From the NCBI RefSeq assembly GCF_009914755.1, contig NC_060937.1: a stretch of DNA of 64,000 nt; one strand, given 5' to 3'. A program made the translations under genes and the position numbers. Positions 14,504 through 28,546 of the stretch are shown piece after piece (the stretch's first letter is position 1; each line of letters begins with the position of its first letter). This stretch comes from the human T2T-CHM13v2.0 reference genome, Homo sapiens. The notes beneath the pieces were generated by a model, which was given only the letters and a program-made list of their open reading frames with translations, did no database searches and had not been told where the DNA came from.

Positions 14504-15611
14504 AACACGCTCTTTTTATCCTTCCATACAAGCTCTGTCCTCTGTTTGTTTACACCAGACACCAAAGTCTAATTTTTATGAAATATGAATGGTAGCTTAA
14601 ATTGTCTCCCAACATTCTTACTACTCACTACCTTTCTCATATACTGTCACTTTACATAGTCGCACAAGCATAAGTAAGCTGTGTAACAAGTCAGGATACA
14701 AGGAGCTTAAAAGCCAGATGAAGATGCCGTCGGTTAATCGCAGGGTTAACAATGTCCCCACCAACAGGACCATCTGGTAAAAAGACCTCCACTTGAAGAA
14801 GAATCGTCATTGGAAATCAATAGTCAGCTGCCACCCAAATCCCATGTCTTTGATGGAAAAGGCAGGCGTCCTGGGCTTGACTTTCAGTTAAACAGAGGCT
14901 CATCATGTCTTAAGCGACAAGTCAACTTATACAGCTTGACCTAAAACCTTTTAATCTAAAGGTCATTACCTCTGTCTAACTGCTTGTTAAAGTTTACCTC
15001 TAACTTTGCTCATGGAAAAAGTAAGTTCTCAGATTTACGCCAAATAAACTGGGTAAGACAACAAAACAATAAGAAAAATAAAGGTTTATTAATCACTAGG
15101 AAAAAATACTCCTCTCCAGTCCCTGTTTTACCTGCATTTTTTAATTTTAGAAATTACCTACTTCTGCCAAACCAAATCATTGATCCTGCAAATATTTTTA
15201 CAAATCTAGTCGCTGGGACTATCACATGTTCCAAACAGTATTAATATTTACTTGATGAATCAAAGAAAATAACCTAATGCTTGTAAAAATTTTACTATTA
15301 GTAAGGTAAGCAATGGGTATTCAACCCTAGCACCTAGCAAGAAAGGGATTTTGTGCATGTGTAGGTGGGCAGGTGGGTGGGAGAACAGAGGCTCAAAGCC
15401 AGCCCTTCTCAGGACCACAGCACGGGGCGGGATGCCTGCGTGCAAGAAGCCTAAGAAGTAGGTCGTGAACAGCCAAGACCACATACTCAAGTGTTTATGT
15501 GCACGGTGCAGACAGGCAGTAGGAAAGGAATTGAGACAGTGGGGGGAAAAGTTTCTGTGGACTTAAATAGCTTCAGACAATATGGGATTTCAAGTGGTCT
15601 CTAAAGGGTAG

Positions 15612-16434
<823 letters not shown>

Positions 16435-18761
16435 TATTCTTTTGATTTTTAAAAATCCACGTTTACTTCATGTCTCTCTTCTTTGCTGCTGTTGTAGTAA
16501 CTACTCTTCTGTCATCCTCAGGCAACTACATGCAACCCGCAAATCTTTTCTTGACACAACTCATTTTTAGAGAACATGTAGATGCCTTTAGGATCTGACC
16601 AGTAAAGGCTCAAGATCAACATGTGCCTACTTGAAAAATGTACACAAGCATCACCACTATCCATGCTTATATTTTAGTAAATTGTCATTTCAAATATATT
16701 TGGCAGAAATGGACACCAAGTTCTATTATTTTAATAGTTAACTTATACTGCTAAATTATTTAAGTGCAGTAAATCACCCCTCAGCATGCGTTTTGCTGCT
16801 GCCATTTCCTAACCAACTTGGTATTACTTTTCCATATGAAATAAAACACTTTCCCCAATCTAATTTGTTCCCTCTGCCTCTAATAATACAATAATTCTGC
16901 TCTTATTCTGCCTAAGAAAACACAGATAGAAAGAATCTGTGGCACTGTTAAGACCTTTCACTCATCCAGCTAATTAGACAGTTAATAACATCACTGAGAC
17001 AATTTAACAAGAAAGCACAGAGTACATGGCTTTACCTGATAAGAAAGTGGGAGTCTATAAGAAAACAAATAATTGTACCCAAACTTCACTGGGGCCCATC
17101 ACAATTCCTGTGATGAGGATTAAAGCTCCAATTCAAGCTCCTAAATCTCTAGGAAAACTTCTCCCCAAACAGAAAATAATATTTGCTCATCACCTTAGCC
17201 AACAAAATGCTAGTGAGTTCTTTGCCTTTCCTAGAATATTTGTGCCTGCTATCACCAGAGTAGTTAAAAGCAAAGGGGACACAGAAGTTTTCTCAAAGTT
17301 TAAACTGTCTGATTCTGCAACTGCTTAAACATCCAGATACCTGTTCCCCTGGGATAAAGATGACACTCAACTAACTGTATCTCGTTTCTTTGGTTTGTTT
17401 CTTAAGCAATTTTATCTCAGTCATACAAATAGAATTTTTCATTCTAGGTTGCAAACTCAAAAAAGTTGTTACTTTAATTAATACCAAGAAGAACACATAC
17501 TTCATGTTGAGAGAAATTTGAGATAACCTTTAGCTTCCTCAGACAACACTACAGGAAAATCTTGTCAACATGCAGTACAATTTATAATCATTTGATTTTG
17601 CTTTTCATTTGTTGCCAAATCACAGGCAAAAGGCATCATTCAGAGGTTCTCATTTATTAGTCCGTTCCCATGCAGTTTAGTCATGAAATGAAGTATGCAA
17701 AGCATGGTATTGTTTGGCATGACCTCAACCCATTTACCTGTTACTTTGGTAGCAACACCACACGAATGGTCAATTTCATTCCCATGGGCATTCCTTTTAT
17801 GCAGGACAGAGCTAAAGAATAATCATTTTGGGGCCCAGGTATCTCTAACAAGTTAGAAAGAGTGAACATTTGTGAAAATTCTCACCTCTGTTGTAAGCTG
17901 GAGTCGCTTAAATTTGGTGGGAAAAAACCTTCAAGGATCGTAATTTAACAATTTCTATTAACATGGAAGTTTCTAAAGACAAGTATGCACAGAGCTGTAT
18001 ACAGTTAAGTCATGTTCTGTGGGATGGGATTAGAAGGCGTGGGGAGGCTTTTCATGTCAATTATTTCAATATTTCCCTCTCATTTATCTTTTTGTACATG
18101 GATGTAACACTTTTGGAATCAAACAACAAAGAATCAGTGAAGCTTAAAAAAAAAAAGGCAGCTCGATTCACAAAAGACAGGGCTTAAATGGTAACAGCAT
18201 CAGGTAGAGAAGTGTCCAACTAAGAGCATCAAAGGAGAGGAGAAAGAAGTGCCAGGATCAGGTCCCAGGAGAGCAAGGAAAGTAACCAGAACCTCCAAAT
18301 GGACCAAGGTGGCTCGCTGCAAGGCATTTAACACCACCGGGTTTCCTGGAGGAAGAATGTCATTCTCATTCCTCAACAGCCTCACAGCTTCTTGTTAGTC
18401 TCTTAACCACAGGCCATAGCCTGAAAGAGCGGCACACAGCAGGAGCTGTGCTGAGTCCTCCACATTTCTTCCAAGGAACAGCACCCACATTACACTACAG
18501 AGGTAAACTTCAGGCCATTCTTGGCTAACCTTGAACGCTTTGCTGGGAGCCCACACAGAGTGCAGGGCCTCTGAAGGCAGGCTCCCAAATGCCATCCTAA
18601 AAAAAGGCATGACGAAATCTCCCACTGCTCCCCAGCAAAGCCCATCATTAAGATTCTAAGGTACTTGGCCAAAAAATCTAAATCAAAACAAATCTCAAAA
18701 GACAGAAAGGCACTTGTGCCCACTAAATCAGCCCAGACAGAGTATAGCACTTTTATTCAAG

Positions 18762-18763
<2 letters not shown>

Positions 18764-18796
<33 letters not shown>
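18764..18796. repeat. (CA)~16 microsatellite
   Basis: Directly visible. Confidence 0.97.
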
Positions 18797-18797
<1 letters not shown>

Positions 18798-18932
18798 TTT
18801 GGCATACTTATAATTAATATGCAAAAATAATACCATTAAAAATTATCAACTCATGAAGGATGCTTGGAAGAATATAAAATAACTTTTCTTTCTTAAATAA
18901 CATCTTATTTTCATCTTTTAAAAACCATAATT

Positions 18933-19238
18933 AGGCCGGGCACAGTGGCTCATGCCTATAATCCCAACATTTTGAGAGGCCAAGGCAGATAGATCACTTA
19001 AGGCCAGGAGTTTGGGACGACCCTGGCCACCGTGGCAAAACCCTGTCTCTAATACAAAGACAAAAATTAGCCAGGCATGGTGGCACACGCCTGTAATCCC
19101 AGTTACTTGAGAGGCTGAGGCAGGAGAAATGCTTGAACCCAGGAGGCGGAGGTTGCCGTTGAGCCAAGATGGCACCACTGCACTCAAGCCTGCGTGACAG
19201 AGCAAGACTGTGTCTCAAAAAAAATAATAATAATAATA
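18933..19238 (+). mobile_element. AluS-type with (AAT)n tail, ~95 nt from the exon 2 donor
   Basis: ggccgggcacagtggctc...tctcaaaaaaaataataat. Confidence 0.92.
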
Positions 19239-19332
19239 ATTAACTAACCAAACAATAAATCAATACATAGAAAAATACTGCTTGTTAAGATCAAACACGT
19301 GGTTCTACGGATAGAAACATAACGTTACTTAC

Positions 19333-19449
19333 CTGAAAGTCATCGTAAGGGAAGAGCAGCATCTCCCGTAAACAGTCGTTCAGGATCTGAGTCTTCTTCT
19401 GGACGATGACATTTTCATAGTCGAGTGGCTCAATTAGCTTTGGCTTTGC
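19333..19449 (-). CDS. DOCK9: DOCK9 shared exon 2, 39 aa [39 protein letters not shown]
   Basis: Acceptor cttatcttttcgccctccag|GCA, donor CAG|gtaagta; 117 nt, phase 0-0. Read by hand because it is not in the ORF track. EPLDYE...FPxDD is typical of the DOCK-D (zizimin) N-terminus. Confidence 0.97.
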
Positions 19450-20362
19450 CTGGAGGGCGAAAAGATAAGCAAGACATTCTCATACACAAATGCCATTTCT
19501 TAAGATAAAGAACTTAGTATGTTCTACTCTATGTTTTGTATTTTCTACAATTAGAGTATGCTAGTTTTGGTATCACAAAGAAACAGAAATAAGAGTTGTT
19601 TCCAAAGGGACAAAAAATGCTGGGTGGTGTCCTGCTACACAGAGTGATGCTTGTTCAGTTATTTAAGCACAAAGGAAGCTCTGCATTCTGGTGGAGCTTC
19701 CAGTCATTTCTCGGGTCATCCCTGACTAGCTATGTCCCCTTCCAAGCTTTAGGGTGTGCCAGAGTTGCCCTGGTTAGGTGTCCAGCCATGGCCTGGCAGT
19801 TGAGGCCAGATGCCCAGAACGGCTCCAGCCACGATACCATCCCTCCTTGGCCCAGGGCCTAAATGTATCCACAGGACTCATTATTTCAGACAAGGGGCTC
19901 CAAGACGCCCTTCTCTGAGTCTCAAAATATCCCTGCCTATCCCCAGATATCTATACTTAATATGTAATACCTAAAGGTAGAAAGATAATGAGCTGAGCCC
20001 AAACCAGCCAAGAGGCTGGGTCACAGCCAGGGGGGCAGGTACTACTTAAACCAGGGCTCATGGGTGAATCCGAGGGGATGGGGACGTCCATCCCTAGCAT
20101 GCACTGAGCAGGAAAAAGAGGTAACGAGTAAGTAGGGAAGAAGAGAATATGGCTTTTCTAGCTATTTCCAAAGTTAGCTCTCTTGGTTAAAATCCCTTTA
20201 TCTATCGCCAGTCACTGCCACCTTGTTTATGGCTCGCTTTCCACATGCGAGGCATTGACTGGGCTAGGTTAGGGATAAAAATACATATTCAACTAACTAT
20301 ACTACAGTATGCCAAATGCTAAAATAGGCATATAGAAGATGTTATCAGAAGTAACTAAGTCC

Positions 20363-20676
<314 letters not shown>

Positions 20677-20802
20677 TTATATCAATAGTTACTAGAAGAT
20701 TATTTTTGAAACTATAATCATCTGATATATACAATCTCAATAAATGCTTTATATATTAAAATGACAATTTTTATATAAGAAGTATATTAAGGATATTTCG
20801 TA

Positions 20803-21240
20803 TGTGGCATCCAAATTGGCAATTGTGACTGAGGCTTGCTATTTGTTTCCAAAACCTGTCTCCTTTCCAATACAGGTGGACCACATTTCCCAGCCTCCTT
20901 GTGTTTTGGTGCACCCATGTGACTGTCTTCTAACCAATTTTATTCGAGTGGAAAAGATGTGGCCACTGCCTCATCTGGCCCACAAAAGCCTTCCACGTGG
21001 CCCCTCCTCCTTCCCTCTGCAGCCACGCACACAGGATCCAACGCAGAACTGGGTGGCCTGAGGAAAGGATGGAGCCTAAGATGGAAAGAGTCTGGGTCCT
21101 GAATCCCCTTGTAGAAGACCGCCTGCTTAAACAGGCACTGAAATGCCCCAGGAGCAAGAACTGAAACACCTACTGTGTTCAGCTGCTGAGATTCTGGAGT
21201 TGCCTGAAGTAGCAGTCAACTTGCTTTGCCTATTGCACAT
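20803..21240. mobile_element. MLT1-type MaLR LTR
   Basis: catttcccagcctccttg...ccatgtgact...gggtcctgaatc...ctgagatt motifs. Confidence 0.7.
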
Positions 21241-22069
21241 ATACATGCTCATATTTAACTCCAATTACTTGATTTAACAACACTCTACAAAGATGTTTTG
21301 ACATGCTAAGAAAAAAAGCAATGACCAAACAAGTACACAATTATTATAATTAAGTAAAATATGTGCTATGTGGACAGAGACTAAAAATATGCAAAATCAA
21401 AAAAATTAAAGCTATAAAGTGTTGGTAACAGTAAACTGTATTTACATTCAAAAAAGGAAAAAAAAAAACTTTATACAAATTATTTTTAAATAAGAATTGC
21501 CCAGAAAATTTTTTTCAAAATATTTTAATTAAAAAAAAAAAGATTTACTCTTTTATTTGTTTGTCATACTGCATAGAGTAACCAGTCAATAAATGCTTGC
21601 TGGCAAAATGAATGGATGTCGTGATTAATAACATTTTCCCTAGGAACCGTAACCATATTCCTAATAAAACCCAAATATGCACACAGCTTTCTAAAATTCC
21701 ATTACAAAGAGGTCAGATGGACCAATACTGCAGACTGGGGCAGACTCCATGTTCTCCCTGGCTTATGTGGTGGCTGCCCCATAACCACAGGCCAGGGAGA
21801 CTCTTTCATGACAGCCCCAGCTGCCTGCACAGGCACAGGCACAGGCACAGGCTGGGCAGGGCTGAATCCTCAGCTGGGTGCAGCCCCCTTGGCTCCACTC
21901 TCCCCAGGTAAGGCCCATGATTCTTCAGACTGCCAGAAGGCAGAGGTGCATTGTGAGCCCTGGACAGGGGGTTGGAGGGACACTGCTGAGAATGGGCTGT
22001 TCCCAGGTGCCAATGTTATTAGGTTTGGGGATTTTTTGGGCTTTGTTCCTACAGCAGGGCAGCCAGGAG

Positions 22070-22685
22070 GCTTTCTGGGAGAGACAAAGGGCACACCCTC
22101 CAGGAAGCTGCACTGGCATCCCTGCGGGCAGCCATCTAAAAAGCCCTGCTGCCACCCCTTCAGCAGCTTCCCCCCAGTGGGTGGCTCCCTGCCCACCAGC
22201 TCCAGCCCACGGCACCTCAGCAAACTTGGCCACCAGCCACCATTGCTGGGCCACAACCACACTCTCCAGCTAGGCCTGAATCTCTGCCTTGGGTGGGGGT
22301 GAGAGGCTCTTCCCAGTTTGTTCCTTCCTTGGGGATCTCTGTTCCCGAACTTACTATTCTTGTATTCTTAGAGCAGGAGTCGACAACTCTTTCTGTAAAG
22401 GACTTTGCCAGCCTTACAGTTTCTGTCACAACTGGTAAACTCTGCCATTGCGGCACAAAAGCAGCCACAGACAATAAGTAAACACATGGGCATGGCAGTG
22501 TTACAATAAAACTTTATTTATAAAAACAGGCAGCAGCCAGATTTTGCCCAAGGGCACAGCCTGCTTTAGAGTTATCTTTACCCCCTAATAGAGTTAATCC
22601 CCTTTCACCAATTTAGTAATTCTTTATATTAATTTTCCATGTTCAATTATTGATGTGTTTCCTGTCTCTGGACATATAAGATACA
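22070..22685 (+). mobile_element. LTR33-like ERVL LTR interrupted by MER58A
   Basis: agtttgttccttccttggg...[MER58A]...tctttacccc...taattctttatattaa...cctgtctctggac matches the recalled LTR33 3' end; 5' boundary uncertain. Confidence 0.6.
22374..22563. mobile_element. MER58A-type hAT-Charlie element
   Basis: cagg...tttctgtaaagg, aaagcagccacagacaata, caataaaactttatttataaaaacaggc; 8-bp TSD tcttagag/ctttagag. Confidence 0.85.
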
Positions 22686-24409
22686 GATATGTTTACAACT
22701 CTTAACATATTTAATGATTTTTTTGCATCTATCTGATTAAACTTGGGTTGCTTAAAATGTTTGATAATAAAAATATTCATGGGTCAGTTTCATGTATTTA
22801 GGGCACCAAATAATACTTTAATTAGATGAATTTCTGTTTCCCCCCAAGGTGTATCTTGGAGGTATCTAATGAAAGGATGCAATGTTGTGGCTACTGTCTT
22901 CCTTTTGTGTGACAAAGTGTAACTTTCAAGGTGTTTTTACTGTCACAATTACCACTCAACAACTGAGGCTGGAAACTGAGGATCTCAAGTTAAGCTAATT
23001 GCTACAAGTGTCCCACCAAGTACCCAGCAGGACTGGATTGGGACAGGACACAGTCTTCTGTTAAACAGAACTCTTTCTTCTCCCATACTGGGCTGCCCTT
23101 TGAACAATGTGTGCTTAGCAATACTCAACCATAGTAAATGTGTGAAAGACAGTTTATAAGCCAACATTTCTGTTAAAGACTGGTCATGCAGTACCATGAC
23201 CAGGAAAACTCATGGTACTGACTGAAAAATAAGAGAAATCTTATGGAGGATTAACATGAATCAAGGACTATAAAAATTTTCAACTTGTACAAACCCTACC
23301 TCAGGTCACTTAATGAAAGAACTCCTAGTGACCTCATAGGGCAGAGGTCTTCAGCAGCTGCTGGAAGCACTTCCGGGACACATGACTGACTCCAGGGAAA
23401 AGGGATCAACTGGGAGTGGCTCACCTGCTGCCTAAGTTAAGAACAAGGCAAAAAGCTCTTGCTTCAAATACAAATACTGGGCACAATGCCTCCCTTCTAC
23501 AGGTGTCCTTTGACGGGGGAAAGAAAGAAACAATCAGAGGAGAATGGGTGGAGAACAGAGACTGGTGAGGGAGACAGGGAAAAGGGAGCAGAAGGAGATG
23601 CAGGGGAGGAAAACGAAAAGAGAGGCAGGGATGGAGCCACCCTGGGGAGGAAACTGAAGACAGAAATGGCAGAAGAGAGGGGCTTGGGAGACTTGGAGGT
23701 GGATCTGTGGGAAGTCACACCACTGTATCTACCAAATTGTGGGTTAAGAGGATAATTGCCTATTTTCAACTCTTTTTTAAACTGTGATTCACTGGTGACA
23801 GCTGTTCACTGTTCTTCAGCCCCGCTAAGCTTTTCCAGGTGCTGGTGGGGCATGGAGGCGGGGACAGCCCACTAGGGTAGGGAACTGATTGGCCTGAGAC
23901 ATGATTAGTGACAAGAACATCACGCTAACAGCAAAATGACATAGGCTAATTACCAGACTGCCGGTCCCCACTATTATTTGCAAGAACGAGGCCTGGCACA
24001 GATCTGGCACACAGCCGTGGTTTTAAAGCTATCGCAACATGCTCAAATTCAATTCTTCCCTTGGTGACAGACTTCCGAGGGAGAAGTTCTTAATTTTCTA
24101 TCTTCAAAAGAAAACCAGAATTACCCAAATTCTGGTTGTTGGTGGAGCTGCTCCGGGGCCATCAGCACCATCATGTTTGAAACCCTGAGAATTCATGAGT
24201 TTGAATTGTGAATATTTCAGGATACTATTTTTCCCTAAGCATGGTGAGGCCTGGCTGACTCCCAAGCCTATGACATTCAGAACATACACACTGGGTGACT
24301 GCTGCTTTTATAGTGTATAAAAATCTAACTTGGTCTATGTACAAGTCCTTCAGCTTTCCCCGTCACGTAGAGGCTCAAGTCCTTATCTGTGAACATTCAT
24401 TCCTCAGGC

Positions 24410-24559
24410 TTCCTGTGAAATCAGAAAGGGAGAGGGCGTACTTTCAGTCCACAAATAGTCCATAACGGTGGTTCTGAAAGTGATTTCCCGTGAAATCAGA
24501 AAGGGAGAGGTAGTACCTTCAGTTCACAAATAGTCCACAACAGTGGTTCTGAAAGTGGG
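24410..24559. repeat. 75-bp tandem duplication (2 copies, 9 mismatches)
   Basis: gtgaaatcagaaagggagagg at 24415 and 24490; aligned by hand. Confidence 0.95.
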
Positions 24560-24715
24560 TTCCCAGGAACTGGTGATTCAGCGTCGCCTGGGAACTGGTT
24601 ACAAACGTAAATTCTGCGGCCCCAGTCCAGAGCCAAGTCAGGAGCTCCAGGAGCAGGGACCAACTACCTATACTTGAACATGCTCTCCAGGGGATTCTGG
24701 AAAAACCCTGATCAA
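24541..24715. mobile_element. MER5A-type hAT element
   Basis: cagtggttctgaaagtg...cctgggaactggttacaaacgtaaattct...ccagggg attct. Confidence 0.7.
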
Positions 24716-25829
24716 TCATGATGCCCCAGGAACTACATTAGAATTTTCAGTTTCAGGGAGGAAGAAGAAACAAGGCCGGTACTGAGCCTTCTCAAGGTTA
24801 CAGACCCCTTTGAGAGCCTGGATCTTCTCCCCCTGAAAACTGTATACATTCTTTGCTTTCTATGATTGTATACACAGCTTTGAGGGGAGGGCTGTAATTC
24901 CCTGGAGAGTGGTCATGTGGAACTGAGTTGAAGCAGCCCTGGGCTAGTGGAAGAGCCAGGCCTGTAAACATGTAGCTCAACGTAGTGAGAGGTACTGGCA
25001 GAAGTTAAATGCAGAGCTAAGGTCAAGCCCATTGCCCTCCATGGGCTGTTAAGTTTCTTCACTTTACTAAGGAAGGGATGCTTGGAGAGAGCAAAGAAGA
25101 ATGAGAATTCTTCAAGTGGGCAAAAGTTTGAACTCCCTACCAACAACAGAGCCCCCACTTAGCTAGGCAGATGCAAGGTTTCCAGTCTCATGGTAAGCCC
25201 GGGGGCCCGCCCAGCAAAGAGGCAATGTTGCGTCCACTGTTTCTGACACGAGCCAGCTCCAGTCCCTCCCTCTACAGGGATAATGTGCCCCTCCCACCTC
25301 TACACCTGTCACAGTCCTGCAGCCCCTTGGGTGACGGTCTACAAAGAACGCAAATGTGGCAATGCAGCAAAAAAGTTAAAGCCAAGCTGCTCTAGCCCCA
25401 GGCAGGCATATAGCACTTCGCATGTAACTGGGGGGCCACCTCCCTCCTCCCCACAAAGGTGGCCTTTGGCGCCTTGCTGCCACATCCTTACTTAGCAGCA
25501 GTCCTGGGATGCCTCTCATGACAGTCCTCGGCTTGCTGTGACCTGCAAACACTCAGCTCCACTATCAGTGCCTCAGGGCAGGGCTGAGTCTTGTTATCTT
25601 TGCCACCCTCAGCATCCCACTCAGGCCCCAGGGACACGTCCTGTGGGGCTAAAAGAGCTTGCCAGTGGTTCCCATACAGCTCCATTGTTGCTGGGCACCT
25701 TGGCTTAGGAAGATTTCCAGGAACGTGCCCACTGTGTCCACCCAATGTCATGACACAGAAGATGGGACGCCATGGCACAATTCAGACATGTTCTAAGGTA
25801 TGTGGCCCCAGGACTACTTGGCGGTATGT

Positions 25830-26336
25830 AAGATTAGTCATTGCACAAACTAAGAATGCCCCCAAACTGCATTGCTCATGTACAAAAGAAACCTCACAGA
25901 AGCTTTTCCAATCCTAAAAATTCCTGTGACATTCCCAGATGTTGTGGAACTAGAAGAAACTTTTCTAAACTCTCAATAATAAAATACAAATTTGGACTAA
26001 TCATGCCAAGGGAAACACTGATCTGTTCTTGCAATGAAGAATGATAATACAAAATCATGATCATATGAAGAGGCAATAAAAGAATATGAAGCCCTAAAAC
26101 TATAGGGAAGTAGTATGGAGGTGTATCTAGAGGTTCATTGATAAAAATGTGTTGTTTCCCTGGATTTCTGGTGTTTATGGCTTGTGTTAGCTTTTTAAAA
26201 TTTCTTTCTTTTTAAATTCTAAATAAATGTTCACCTCCGTGCCTTATTTTGTTTTCAAATGTTGAATTATTTTTCTTAAAGAAGGCCCCTAAAATTCTGT
26301 AAGCTTTGTCCCTCACAAAACCTGACTCTGCCCTGA
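25830..26336 (+). mobile_element. hAT-Tip100 (Zaphod/MER115-like) fossil retaining a transposase C-terminal remnant
   Basis: Terminus aagctt...cacaaaacctgactctgccctg; ORF 25841..26044 contains RNFSKLSIIKYKF, resembling the hAT dimerisation motif ERxFSxLxxIK. Confidence 0.7.
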
Positions 26337-27949
26337 TAGGGTCGTGTGTCCACACGAATGCTGACGAGGATGGCAGCATGGTTAGGAAAGCCGAGCTGTG
26401 CAGTCATGTGAGGCTGTTGCTGGACTCAACTGAGTCAATGCATGGAAAAGGCAAAGCCTGGCAAACTGTAAACACATATTATAATAAATAGAGCTATTCA
26501 TATTATTCAATATGTTGCTTGCATGATAGGTTTTTTAAAAAAAAAAAAGAAAAAAAAACTTTCCTTGACCTCCAGAAACATACAAAATAAAACAGGCAAT
26601 AATGACAGGGACATGCACAAAGGAAGACAAATAATGACCCAATATAGAGAAAACTGCATCCAGACACTGAAATTCAGGGGCTGAACCCAAAGGAAACAGA
26701 CAGCTGCTTATACCGTAGATGGGACTGAGTATTGCTGTGGTGTGTGCCAGGGAAGACGAAGAATAACCACAGCTGGGGGTGGGCGATAGAGAAAAGCACT
26801 TCTGACCCCCTCCCATTAGGGCAGCTCCATGACAGCAGCAGGGTCTTGGATTGTGAAGAAGAGAGCAGGCAGGCAGGACACCCCATGGGACACTGCTCAC
26901 AGAGGGTTATGTGGCATGATCAGAGTGGGTGGGGAGAAAGAGCTCCTCATCTCAAGGGACAACATGGACACAGGTGAGCCACTGATACCGAGGCCCCGCC
27001 AGTCCCCATCTACTGAGCATGGCAGCGGGCAGCATGGCGCGCCTCTAGCAATCACACTTCCCTACACCTCCCATGGGGGCCAGAAAGCAGGACCCCAAAA
27101 GGCCCCACCATGATCCCCCCACCCTTCAATCTCTTGGAACTCCCTCCCTCCCACAGCATTTGCTGCTTAGGGTCTGGCGGCCCAACATCATGCAAATTGA
27201 AATTCCAGATCAAAAGGCAATCAGAAGCAGGAAATGTTCTTAGTGCCAGGAAAATGAGATTCCTCTGGATCCAGCAGACCTGCACAATGTTCGCCCACAA
27301 ACTGAGTTCAGTTCTGGCCAAACATGTACAAAACCTCGAAAACCATGGGAAGAGCTAAGCTCCAAAGAGCACAGTAATTTCACTGCTCTTGCCTCGGATG
27401 TGATAGCTTCAAATGAACTTTCCAGTCATTTCTTGCCCTTGTGTCTCTGGTGATTAAATGTTAAGAAGAGCTGAAATCCCGAATGCCACTTCTTGAAATA
27501 GCAAACTAAATGGCAACTCTTGGAGCTATTTTAAGAAATGAGAAATTCGTCATTTCTGCTTATAAAGAATTTAGGACTTCCTTGATTTATCTGCATGGCT
27601 ATAAAAGCTACTTGATAGGCTGAGATAAAGTTGGTCCACTTTCAAAGCGCTTCTCAATGTTGCCAACAGGACACCAGTACTGTTGCTGGGGATAGGAAAA
27701 AGGAGATGGCAGCTTGCAACAAAAAGGGGCTTCTGAAGCCACGTGCTCACAAGTGTGGGACACACAAGCCTTCCTGCACTCCTATCATGCACGTGACTCT
27801 CGCTACGTAGCCCCACCAGGAATTTCTTGAAGTTGTCAAGTTTGCAGGAAGGATCCTCATTTTCCTATAAGTAGGGTGGGCACAGGAAAATAACAGCGGC
27901 CTCCCTTCCTTGTGTACACATGTGATTAGCAGTATGAGTTCCCTCTCTC

Positions 27950-28255
27950 CACAGGTATTTACTGAGCTGGTTCACATGCACTGTGCCAGAGACATCAAGA
28001 TAAAAAGAACACGGCCCTGCCCCAGGGAGCTGGCAGTCAGAGGGAAGGCACATGTGTGAACAATCAGCAGAATGAATGACAGCAGCAGGGACCAGGAGTG
28101 GCATCTGGCCCACTAGAAGGAACCCAGCCTTTGCCCAGCTAGATTATAAGCTCCATGAGGGCAAGACAGCCCTATTGTATTTGCTGCTTTCTCCAGCACC
28201 TAGAATAGCACCCAGCATAGCAGAAGCACTCAATAACTGTGTGTTGGATGAGTGA
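27950..28255. mobile_element. Two oppositely oriented L2 3'-end fragments
   Basis: tatttactgagc... (minus) and ctagattataagctccatgagggca...ctcaataa (plus). Confidence 0.7.
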
Positions 28256-28429
28256 GGGACCCCAATTATGTGGGGTGCTTCTTAAAGGAGGTTCCTGGAG
28301 CTGATCAATGAGTTGAACAAGCCAGCCAGGATTCAGGGCAGATTGAGGATTCCCTGCAGAGAAAATTGAGACACCAGGGAGCATGTGCATGGATGGAAGT
28401 AGATTTTGTAAGGCCTGAAACATGCACAA

Positions 28430-28546
28430 TTACAGTGAGGTCAAAAAATACAAACTAATAGATATAAAATTGCTGGAATCTCTTCCAGTGCCTTGAAAGG
28501 GATCCTGAAACTTAAGCTTCATGAGCTTCATGCTAAATTCTCCCTG
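28430..28546 (-). mobile_element. Arthur1/MER69-like hAT terminus
   Basis: cctgaaacttaagcttcatgagcttcatgctaaattc matches the recalled TIR region. Confidence 0.55.

Noticed and set aside
21612-22474. Cluster of overlapping 100-160 aa ORFs with an HRHRHR/TGTGTG run
   Set aside because: GC-rich LTR relic plus a short (GGCACA)n repeat; open in many frames with no coherent protein.
24410-24559. Possible CRISPR-like repeat-spacer structure
   Set aside because: Only two contiguous copies without unique spacers, eukaryotic context, no cas genes.
27950-28255. Opposed L2 tails as a miR-28/151-like hairpin
   Set aside because: The tails point outward rather than tail-to-tail, and complementarity by eye is poor.
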